Shown here: piece after piece, positions 19,037 through 27,488 of the stretch
Layout: every line of letters begins with the position of its first letter
How positions within the stretch are numbered: position 1 is the first letter of the stretch
IMG/VR virus record: IMGVR_UViG_3300034093_000080
Coordinates: 1 to 55,453 of that record
From: a virus
Lineage: Duplodnaviria > Caudoviricetes
Direction: 5' to 3' (one strand)
Length of the DNA: 55,453 nucleotides
Translations under genes and position numbers: made by a program
The notes under the pieces: model-generated
Seen by the model: the letters and a program-made list of their open reading frames with translations, nothing else
What the model was told of the DNA's origin: nothing
The model's database searches: none

Positions 19037-21064
19037 ATGAGCGCAGTTGTTGAAGCAATTGGTGATGCAATCGGCGATGTATTTGAGGCTGTTGGCGATG
19101 TTGTAGAAAGCGTTGTTGATGTTGTCAGTGATGTCGTCGAGTTTGTCGGAGACACCGTTCAAGCAGTCCTTGACGACCCTTTGCCAATGCTTCTCCAGAT
19201 TGCTGGTGCGGCAGTTGGCATCCCACCTTTTGTTACCTCTGGTTTTGTTACTGCGGCTCGTGGTGGCGACCTGATGGATGTGGTGTTGTCTGCTGGCACA
19301 TCGTACCTTGCGCCTATGGTTGTTGGCCCTGTTGCGGGAACTGTCTCAGAGACTCTTCTTGATGCAGGGGTTAACGCCACGGTTTCTGACATTGTCTCTA
19401 CTGGTATTGGTAAGGGACTTGTTGGCGGCGTGGTTGCAGAAATTAAAGGCGGCGATTTTGACGACGGCTTTGCTGGTGGTTTTGTTTCAACCGTTGTCAA
19501 CAATGGCGTAACACAACTCACCAATTTTGTTTCTGACACTGTACTTAACACGGCCACTGTTGCGCTAGATTCTGTTGGGTCTACAGCAAACAGCACTTTT
19601 GTGGCGGCGTATGACGCTGGCTCATCTACCGACGGCGTGGACACAACGGTTGGTAGCACCTTCACTACTACTGTTTCTAGTTTTGACTCTGTTGACACAA
19701 CTGACACAACCGATACATCGGGCACAACGATTACAACGGGTACAACTGACACATCAGGCACAACAGGAACTACTGGAAATACGGGCAATTTGGATTTAAG
19801 TACAGACAGCGGCTCTGGCATAGGAGCAGATGTTGTTTCTCAAGTTACTGTTTCCAATATTGGCGTTGACAACACAGGTGTTGACACCACATTTACTGGG
19901 ACTACCGACACCACTGGTACTGTTGACACCACTGGCACAACGACCACAGGCACTACAGACACCACAGGCACAGTTGATACAGGCACCACTGGCACTGTGA
20001 CTACTGATACTTCTGGTACAGGAACTACTGACACCTCTGGCACCACTGGTACGACAAATACTGCTGACACCTCTAGCGGAACCAGTATTTTTGACACAAC
20101 CCTAAACAACACTGGCACAACAACTGGAACGACACTTACTGGCACAGGCGGCACAGACAGTGTTACTGATTCAGTCTTGAACAGCGGTAGCACAACAGGC
20201 TCAACAGTTATCGGTGATTCTGGTGGTTTGGATAGTGTTGCCGACATCATTGAAAGCCTTACCGCTGGTACTGGCGACACAACGCTTGACACGACGCTAG
20301 ACTCAACAATTGACACAACACTTGACACAATAGGTGATACAGAACTTGATACGACAGACGATACAACTGTTGGCGGGCTAAGTACGCTGAACACTGATTC
20401 AACTGATGGATCAAATGTTGTTGCCATAGATACAGACACTGGCGATGTTGTTCTTGATGATACTGTTCTCAACAACAATGTTGTTGCCAGCGATGATGTT
20501 GTTGGCGGCTTGACCGCAGTATCAGGCGATCAGGGTACAGACACACTTGCAACTGTAGGCACAGACAAAGCAGGCAATGATGTTGTTGTTCGTGCTGGTG
20601 ATACTGTTACTGATACAGGCGATACCTCTGGCACAACAGATACCGTTGGCGGTTTGACGCAAGTCCAGTCTGGTAACAACAACCTAAATGTAGACTCAGC
20701 CGCAGACGCTACAACAACAGGCGGCTTGAGCCAAGCCACTGGCGCAAAAGATGATGTCTTTGGCAAAATTGTAAAAGGCGCAGTAACGAAGGCCGTGACT
20801 GGTGCCCTTAAAAATCAAATCAAGGGCGGCATCAATAAAGCACTTGGCGTTAAGACCGCCAAAACGCCGTCAATTGGTAAAAAGTTGGTGGGTAATATTG
20901 CATCGCAATTTGGACAAAAAGTTGCGCCAAAAGCAATGGACATATCAAAATTGATTCGAGTTCCAAGCACAAAGAAAACGGCTCCGCTCAAAGCGAATGT
21001 GAGCAAGTTGACACCAGTCTCCAACATATCTGGGTTGTCAACTCTGATTAAAGGTAAAGGATAA
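19037..21064 (+). CDS. Putative internal virion (ejection) protein: amphipathic N-terminus, hydrophobic Gly-rich segments, long Thr/Asp/Gly low-complexity region
   Basis: AVVEAIGDAIGDVFEAVGDVVESVVDVVSDVV helix, TDTSGTT repeats, basic C-terminus. Confidence 0.65.
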   Translation: MSAVVEAIGDAIGDVFEAVGDVVESVVDVVSDVVEFVGDTVQAVLDDPLPMLLQIAGAAVGIPPFVTSGFVTAARGGDLMDVVLSAGTSYLAPMVVGPVAGTVSETLLDAGVNATVSDIVSTGIGKGLVGGVVAEIKGGDFDDGFAGGFVSTVVNNGVTQLTNFVSDTVLNTATVALDSVGSTANSTFVAAYDAGSSTDGVDTTVGSTFTTTVSSFDSVDTTDTTDTSGTTITTGTTDTSGTTGTTGNTGNLDLSTDSGSGIGADVVSQVTVSNIGVDNTGVDTTFTGTTDTTGTVDTTGTTTTGTTDTTGTVDTGTTGTVTTDTSGTGTTDTSGTTGTTNTADTSSGTSIFDTTLNNTGTTTGTTLTGTGGTDSVTDSVLNSGSTTGSTVIGDSGGLDSVADIIESLTAGTGDTTLDTTLDSTIDTTLDTIGDTELDTTDDTTVGGLSTLNTDSTDGSNVVAIDTDTGDVVLDDTVLNNNVVASDDVVGGLTAVSGDQGTDTLATVGTDKAGNDVVVRAGDTVTDTGDTSGTTDTVGGLTQVQSGNNNLNVDSAADATTTGGLSQATGAKDDVFGKIVKGAVTKAVTGALKNQIKGGINKALGVKTAKTPSIGKKLVGNIASQFGQKVAPKAMDISKLIRVPSTKKTAPLKANVSKLTPVSNISGLSTLIKGKG

Positions 21065-21069
21065 GCATC

Positions 21070-24000
21070 ATGGCAATTTTAGAAAAACGCAGAGCAGTTA
21101 ATCAATTGCCACGGTTTCAAAGGTATCAGGACACCCGTGCTGGTGACCGTGCCGCCGCGTTGCGTGGTGAAACCCCAATTACTTCTGCGATTCGCCAACT
21201 GGCTGGCTCAAGTGGCTACGGCCCAATGGGTGAGTCCCAAGGCTTTAATCCAATGGGTGGCGGTGCTGGCCCGATGGGCGGCGCAGGAAAGGGCACAGTC
21301 GATAAATTTGGCAACATGGCAGGTCAGCCTAAGACTGCTGTTACATCGGCCTTAAAAGGCTCTACAGCCAACACAACATCCAAGATGCCCAACTTGTCTT
21401 CCAAGACTACGGGCACCACTGGCAAGACTTTGACTTCTACTGGCACTGGCGCGGCTAAGACTATTGGCGCAAAGACTCCTACAACTACTGGCACAAAAAC
21501 AACTGGTTCTAATGTTGGCAGTAAATTGACCAGCGCATTGGCTGGTGCCGCTCTTGGCGCTGGAACCAAGTTGGCAATTGACAAGTTGACTGGTGCAAAA
21601 ACTTCAAAGACTGTAGACACAACAAAAACGGACAAAAAAGGAGTTGTTGATACTGCAAAGAAAGTTGTAGATACTTCTAAGAAAGTTGTTGACACCACAA
21701 AAGCAGGAACAAAAGGCGTCGTTGATACTACAAAGGCTGGCACCAAGGGAGTTGTTGATACTGCCAAGAAGGTTGTTGACACTACGAAGGCAGGGACAAA
21801 AGGTGTTGTTGACACCACTAAGACGGGTACAAGGGGTGTTGTTGATACAACCAAGGCTGGCACAAAAGTAACCAGTCCTACATCTGTAATTAAGAAGACT
21901 GGCACCAATGTTGGTACGCCCCCATTTGTTCCTAAAGGTTCAACCGCCGCTACTAAAACAACTGGTTCAAAATCTACTGCTCCAGCAACAAAGGGAGCCG
22001 CAGGCGCTGTTGCAAAAACCGCCGCTCAAATCAAAGCAGAAAACCCTGAGTTGACAGAAGAAGAAGTTCAAGCAGAACTAGATCGAATCAAGTCAGAAGA
22101 GGAGTCCTTGGGCGTTCCAGAGGGTGCGGAAGATAATGGCGACGGCACTTACTCAGTCACTGAAGACGGCATGGTTACAACCTATGACGCCGATGGAAAC
22201 ATTGTTGGCATGGAGGCGGCTGAAGGCGAAACCGAAGGTGGTGAAGACGGCACAGAAGAGGACGGCACGACAACGCAAGTTTTGGATGACGGCACTGTCG
22301 TTACCCTTAATGCGGATGGCGAGATTGTTTCCTACACTGACACCGACGGTTCAACTTACGACGCAGACGGTAACGAAATAACCGAAGGCGGCGGAGATTT
22401 AGATGCTGGAGGTAACACCACTGAGACATTGGAAGACGGCACAGAAATTACATATGACGCAAGCGGTGATATTGTTTCCTACACCGATACAGATGGCGTT
22501 ACATACGACGGCGACGGCGAGGTCATTGATGGATCAGACACGCTTGTAACTGGCGACGAAGAAACTGAAGAAGATGCATACGAAGGCTTGTACTCTGACG
22601 ATGAAGGAAACTTGTACGACCCTGATGGAAATCTTGTGCAATATGCTGATGGCACAGAAGTTGGCGATGACTACTATGCTGAAGATGAAGTGGTGTACAC
22701 CGACGAAGATGGCAACACCTATGACGCTGATGGCGAAATAATTGATTATGCGGATGGGTATGTTGCTGAAGATGAATACGATACAGAAGATGGATACACC
22801 GCTGAAGATGAATATTCTGCTGAAGACGAGTATTCCTATGATGACGAATACTCTTATGAGGATGACTACTCATACGACGACATTGATTACGGTGAGAAAA
22901 AGGGCGGCTTGATTCATATGCAAGAAGGCGGCGACACAGAAGGTGAAGAAGAAGATGGCGAACCAGTTGCAGAAGAAGAGAACGAAGACGGCACAATCAC
23001 TCAATACTTTGATGATGGCTCTTCTATCACCTACGACGCAGACGGTGAAGTTGTTGATGTAACCGAATCAACAGATGAGGCTGAGTCTACATTTACGCCT
23101 CGCAGTGTGTCTGCGCGTGATCCCAACTATTCAGATACAACTGAAGAAATTCAAGATTTCCAAAATGTTGGTTACAACTTCGGTGAGTCAGACGACCCCA
23201 CAATGACGGGTTACACATTGACTGGAAATCGTAATCCAGTAGGTAACACTTACAGTAACGAGGGCCGAGGCACAGGATTAGATTTCACACCAGAAGGATT
23301 CCCTGAAGGGTTTGTTTCTAACGGTGACGGCACCGCTACTTATGTGGACGACGACGGTAGTACAGTAACCATTGATGCTGACAACAACATCGTGTTTGTG
23401 ACTGACGCAAACGGTGAGGTTGTTGCGCAGAACAACGAGCCAGTTACAACTGGCGGTTTGACTCAAGCAGGTCAAGGCAACCGCCAATACTTCGATGATG
23501 GCTCTAGCATCGAGACATTTGATGACGGCTCAACCGTGACATATGACTCTGACGGCAATGTGTTCAGGGCTACTGACGCATACGAAACAACATACGACGA
23601 TGAAGGCAACGCTATCGTGACTGATGGCTTTGGCAACATTGTGAATGTCTACGACCCTCAAGGTAATGTGATTCCTTTGGGTGGTGGTCGAGTTACTGGC
23701 CCCACGCAAGTAACGGGTGCTGGTGGTACGGGTGCGGTTGGTATCGATAACGAAACGCCCATTCAGCGAAGAATTCAAGAGCAACAAGAAGAAAGAAGCA
23801 CCAAGAGCGCAATTGATAATCTGCTTGCAGGTCTGAACACCTACGGTGGCGCAGGTGCGGCTGGCGCTGTTCTTGGTGCCTTGCTAAGTGACTCCGACCT
23901 GTTTGGCGGTGGTGGCGGTGGAGGCTCTAATTTTGATATGACTGGCGTTGGCTCAATCGATCCACGCACTACAGACTTTGGCATTGGCCCAGCACGCTAT

Positions 24001-24780
24001 GTCGGTTACGACGAGTACGGTACGCCAGAGCAGATGCCTGAACTCTATGGTCAAGAGTTGTATCAGAACTTGAACGCCCCCGGCTTCAATGAGGTGAACG
24101 CTGGCGACTACGCACGCTATGACGCTCAAGACTCTGGTCTTGATCAGTTCATGGAAGGTGACGCCGAAGACCAAGCAATGGCCGATGAGGGCCAAGGTAT
24201 GGCCGCTGGTGGTCAGCCACAAGGCGGCTTGGGCCAGACATCGCCCCAGACTTACTACACCTTTGGCACACCTGTTGACCCCTTGCAGAACTTGCGCAAT
24301 CCAGCGCCGTTCCAGCAACAGCCACAGCAACCACAGATGCAACCTCAGATGCCCCCACAGGCCGCTCAGAACGCACAACAGATGCCTCCACAGCAGGCAC
24401 TGCCCCAGATGGGTATGGCTCCAACACAGCCCTCTATCCCTCAAGGCATTCCACCCGCTGGCGTAGGCATGAAGAGCGGTGGCCTGCCTGCTTGGTCAAA
24501 TGTGCCAATCACTCAAGGCCGCTTAAACTTCCGCCAAGGCGCGGCGGTACACGGCGCAGGTGACGGCCAGTCTGACGACATCCCAGCAATGTTGGCTGAC
24601 GGCGAGTATGTGATTGACGCTGAGACTGTGGCCCAGATCGGCAACGGCTCTACAAAAGCAGGCGCACAGGCTCTGGACAAATTCAGGGAAAATATCAGAA
24701 GGCACAAGCGTTCTGCGCCCGTGAACAAAATTCCGCCCAAGACTAAGGCGCTTACTTCCTACTTGAAAGGAGCCAGATAA
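21070..24780 (+). CDS. Large internal virion / ejection protein with basic and acidic repeat blocks and a conserved C-terminal GDGQSDDIPAMLADGEYV domain
   Basis: 1236 aa. KGVVDTTKAGT repeats, DDG..TYDADG repeats, and a C-terminal motif recurrent in phage virion proteins. Confidence 0.7.
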   Translation: MAILEKRRAVNQLPRFQRYQDTRAGDRAAALRGETPITSAIRQLAGSSGYGPMGESQGFNPMGGGAGPMGGAGKGTVDKFGNMAGQPKTAVTSALKGSTANTTSKMPNLSSKTTGTTGKTLTSTGTGAAKTIGAKTPTTTGTKTTGSNVGSKLTSALAGAALGAGTKLAIDKLTGAKTSKTVDTTKTDKKGVVDTAKKVVDTSKKVVDTTKAGTKGVVDTTKAGTKGVVDTAKKVVDTTKAGTKGVVDTTKTGTRGVVDTTKAGTKVTSPTSVIKKTGTNVGTPPFVPKGSTAATKTTGSKSTAPATKGAAGAVAKTAAQIKAENPELTEEEVQAELDRIKSEEESLGVPEGAEDNGDGTYSVTEDGMVTTYDADGNIVGMEAAEGETEGGEDGTEEDGTTTQVLDDGTVVTLNADGEIVSYTDTDGSTYDADGNEITEGGGDLDAGGNTTETLEDGTEITYDASGDIVSYTDTDGVTYDGDGEVIDGSDTLVTGDEETEEDAYEGLYSDDEGNLYDPDGNLVQYADGTEVGDDYYAEDEVVYTDEDGNTYDADGEIIDYADGYVAEDEYDTEDGYTAEDEYSAEDEYSYDDEYSYEDDYSYDDIDYGEKKGGLIHMQEGGDTEGEEEDGEPVAEEENEDGTITQYFDDGSSITYDADGEVVDVTESTDEAESTFTPRSVSARDPNYSDTTEEIQDFQNVGYNFGESDDPTMTGYTLTGNRNPVGNTYSNEGRGTGLDFTPEGFPEGFVSNGDGTATYVDDDGSTVTIDADNNIVFVTDANGEVVAQNNEPVTTGGLTQAGQGNRQYFDDGSSIETFDDGSTVTYDSDGNVFRATDAYETTYDDEGNAIVTDGFGNIVNVYDPQGNVIPLGGGRVTGPTQVTGAGGTGAVGIDNETPIQRRIQEQQEERSTKSAIDNLLAGLNTYGGAGAAGAVLGALLSDSDLFGGGGGGGSNFDMTGVGSIDPRTTDFGIGPARYVGYDEYGTPEQMPELYGQELYQNLNAPGFNEVNAGDYARYDAQDSGLDQFMEGDAEDQAMADEGQGMAAGGQPQGGLGQTSPQTYYTFGTPVDPLQNLRNPAPFQQQPQQPQMQPQMPPQAAQNAQQMPPQQALPQMGMAPTQPSIPQGIPPAGVGMKSGGLPAWSNVPITQGRLNFRQGAAVHGAGDGQSDDIPAMLADGEYVIDAETVAQIGNGSTKAGAQALDKFRENIRRHKRSAPVNKIPPKTKALTSYLKGAR
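21610..21870 (+). repeat. Coding tandem repeats (KGVVDTTKAGT / KKVVDTT; 33- and 21-nt units)
   Basis: GTTGTTGAYACY-type core recurs about 9 times. Confidence 0.8.
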
Positions 24781-25700
24781 TGGCTGGACTGTTTCAGGGT
24801 GATCCCCTACCAGATGTAACGACGACGACGCAGACGCAAGCGACTGCGCCAGAGTTCTATACCAATTACCTTCAAGACATTGCTAACCTTGGTCAGAACG
24901 CCGTCCAGCAGGGCGGTGTGGCTGGCTTCAGTCCACTGCAACAACAAGCCTTCCAGATGGTGCCTGATGTAGCATTCTCTGGCGCTGGCTCGATGGGCGC
25001 GGCATCCCAGTTGATGGGTCAGGCTGGCGCGACCACCATGCCTGATGTGGTGGCCGACTACATGAACCCCTACACCCGTGGCGTGGTGGATGAGATGGGT
25101 CGCCTGCAACAGCGAAGCATTCAAGAAAACATCCTGCCAAACCTTGGCGCGGCGGCGGCTGGTTCTGGTCAGTTTGGCTCACGCCGTCAGGCACAAGTCA
25201 CTGGCAACTCTTTGCGTGACCTTCAGTCTGATTTGCTGGGTAAGCAAATGCAAGCCCTCCAGTCTGGTTACACAGAGGCTGGCAAGTTTGCACAGCAAGA
25301 CTTGACTCGCACCCTACAGGCTGGTCAGGGTTTTGAAAACTTAGGACAAGCACAACAAGGTTTGGGTTTGTCTGGCCTCAAGGCCATGAGCGAGTACGGC
25401 GGTCAGCAACAGGCGCTCGGCCAGAAGATGCTTGACTACCCAATGGCGCAAGCGCAAGCGTTCTCTCAGTTGATGAAGCAGTACCAAGTCCCCGGTGGCT
25501 CGATTGAACAAAAAACTGGCCCACAGGCTGGCGCATACTCCAACAGCCCTCTGTCTCAAATTGCTGGCCTATTAACTGGCCTTGGCGCGTTTATGAAAAA
25601 AGACGGCGGCGCGGTAATGATGAAGAACGGCGGCAAGGCCCAACGATCAAAAGCCCATGCTTATTTGGCACGCGGCGGTACAGTAAAAATGGCGAGGTAA
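24780..25700 (+). CDS. DNA ejection / pilot-type internal virion protein
   Basis: VAGFSPLQQQAF, YMNPYTRGVVD, GQFGSRR motifs. Gln/Gly-rich, ending in GG motifs. Confidence 0.7.
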   Translation: MAGLFQGDPLPDVTTTTQTQATAPEFYTNYLQDIANLGQNAVQQGGVAGFSPLQQQAFQMVPDVAFSGAGSMGAASQLMGQAGATTMPDVVADYMNPYTRGVVDEMGRLQQRSIQENILPNLGAAAAGSGQFGSRRQAQVTGNSLRDLQSDLLGKQMQALQSGYTEAGKFAQQDLTRTLQAGQGFENLGQAQQGLGLSGLKAMSEYGGQQQALGQKMLDYPMAQAQAFSQLMKQYQVPGGSIEQKTGPQAGAYSNSPLSQIAGLLTGLGAFMKKDGGAVMMKNGGKAQRSKAHAYLARGGTVKMAR

Positions 25701-25703
25701 TAA

Positions 25704-27488
25704 ATGGCAACAGCACCACAATCACAGGGTGGGTTGGGAGCAATGGCCCCCGTAAGACCTCCTGCACCTAATGCACAGCCTGCCCAGCCACCCAATCCTG
25801 CGCAGGCCGCACAACGCATCTCTGGCTTAGAGCAAGAGACCCCTGCTGAAGAAGACTTCATGGCGCGTGCTTTGCGCAACAAGCGTGCGCAGGAAGAGGC
25901 TTTGAATTCACAAATTGAAGCGTTGAAAAACAGTCTTGACTCGCGCATGAAGCCAGCGTTTGACCCTGCCTTGATGGCGGCGGCTTCTGGCTTTTTGAGG
26001 CCAACAAAGACAGGCGGCTTTGGTGAGTCTGCTGGCTACGCCGCTGAAGCGTATGCGTCAGAGACTGACAAAGAGTTGGCCCGCAGGCAAGCAGTTGACA
26101 AAGCCAAACTTGAGTTGGCCCAGAAGCAGGCCGCAATGCAAAGCCAGAACTTGATGTTTGAACACCAGATGCAAATGGCTGGCTACGATCCCAAAGAGTT
26201 GACTACCTTGGTGACTGGCCCTGCTGGTGGATCACCTCTTGCTGGCGCACCCGTTGGTGGCGCACCTACTGAGGGCGCTCCAGCCGCTGGTGGTGCCCCT
26301 GCACGCGCACCGCGTGAAGCAAGACCAATCACAGAGCGCGACATTCAGATGGCCTATGCCATCAGCCCTGAGTACGGAAAGCAAGTCATGGAGCAGGCCA
26401 AGTTCCAGCAAGACAAGTTTATGAGTACGGCGCAGGGCGTGATCCGCAAGGACACTGGCAAAGCGGTTGACACTGGACTTGAGACAACGATTGAAACATC
26501 TATTCCTTTTGTCGGTGTGGAGAAGGTTACGCAAGGTCAGTTGGCTGAAATCAAGCAGTTGAATAAGCAATTCCCACCGGGGCATCCCCAGAGGGCGGAT
26601 CAGTTTGCACGCTTCTACTCTGCCAACGGTATTGGTGGAACAAGTTACACGCCTCCTGAGGATGGCAAGCCATCTTCTGCTGAGTCAAGCATGAGGACTT
26701 CTAGCCAAAGAGAACTAGATCGTAAGGCTGAAGAGGAAACTCAAAAAGCCCGCATCACAAAATCAGAAGAGCGTGCATCGGTTCTGATTGATAGGGGTCA
26801 GGCCGCAGACAACACCAAGCAAATTGCGTTGGATATGTCTGCCTACGCTGACAGCAATCCTCGTGTGTTCCAGTTGATGCAAACTGCGACCCTCAAGGAT
26901 GCGGTGTTGCGATCTATTGAGAAGATGGGCGCACCATTGAACATTGATCCTCGAACAATCTTGCAATACAAATTGGAAGACAAGGACATTGAGGCACTGC
27001 AAATGTTTGCGCAGAAGTCGGCTCAGTTGACGGTTGAGTTGCGTAAGGCGTCGAGGGCACCGGGCGAAGGTGCCACAACCGAGAGCGAAGGCCGCTTGTA
27101 TGCGCAAGTCGAGGCGTTGCCTACAGACACCGCACGCGTCATTGGCCTCAAGTCAGAGTTGCTTGCACTGCGCACTGACTACGACAAAGCCGCCGCTACG
27201 CTGTGGGTGGACTGGCGTGAGCAGAACCCCGGGAAGTCGTTCGACAAGTTCCGCCTCAGTTCTGACGAGTTCAAGGCACTGCGCAAGAGTTACGACTCCA
27301 CGCTGGAGGCCGTGCGCAAGGCCAACACTGACCTGCTCAGTACCAAAGCACCATCAGCAACACCTCAAGCAAAGCCGCCAAGTGGACAGCCCGCTGGTGG
27401 CCGAAGCAATGAGCGCGTAATTGATGGCTACATTTGGGAGCGCCAGCCTGATGACTCTTGGAAAAACAGCGGAAGGAAAGCCAAATGA
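25704..27488 (+). CDS. Internal virion / ejection protein
   Basis: Helical and coiled-coil, with a GATTESEG motif. In the ejection cluster. Confidence 0.6.
   Translation: MATAPQSQGGLGAMAPVRPPAPNAQPAQPPNPAQAAQRISGLEQETPAEEDFMARALRNKRAQEEALNSQIEALKNSLDSRMKPAFDPALMAAASGFLRPTKTGGFGESAGYAAEAYASETDKELARRQAVDKAKLELAQKQAAMQSQNLMFEHQMQMAGYDPKELTTLVTGPAGGSPLAGAPVGGAPTEGAPAAGGAPARAPREARPITERDIQMAYAISPEYGKQVMEQAKFQQDKFMSTAQGVIRKDTGKAVDTGLETTIETSIPFVGVEKVTQGQLAEIKQLNKQFPPGHPQRADQFARFYSANGIGGTSYTPPEDGKPSSAESSMRTSSQRELDRKAEEETQKARITKSEERASVLIDRGQAADNTKQIALDMSAYADSNPRVFQLMQTATLKDAVLRSIEKMGAPLNIDPRTILQYKLEDKDIEALQMFAQKSAQLTVELRKASRAPGEGATTESEGRLYAQVEALPTDTARVIGLKSELLALRTDYDKAAATLWVDWREQNPGKSFDKFRLSSDEFKALRKSYDSTLEAVRKANTDLLSTKAPSATPQAKPPSGQPAGGRSNERVIDGYIWERQPDDSWKNSGRKAK

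Noticed and set aside
19680-21870. Tandem repeats as a CRISPR array or DGR template/variable repeats
   Set aside because: The repeats are degenerate, in-frame coding repeats with no unique spacers. No cas or reverse transcriptase gene was seen.
19159-21908. Long antisense ORFs (e.g. 19159-19821, 19840-20478, 21324-21908; also 47471-48226)
   Set aside because: They are shadows of low-complexity or codon-biased sense genes (Val/Pro/Ser-rich mirror translations), with no RBS or motif support.
21070-24780. Tape measure protein (siphovirus tail)
   Set aside because: The sequence is acidic/basic repeat-rich rather than a long amphipathic helical TMP, and no tail tube or tail chaperone genes were recognised.
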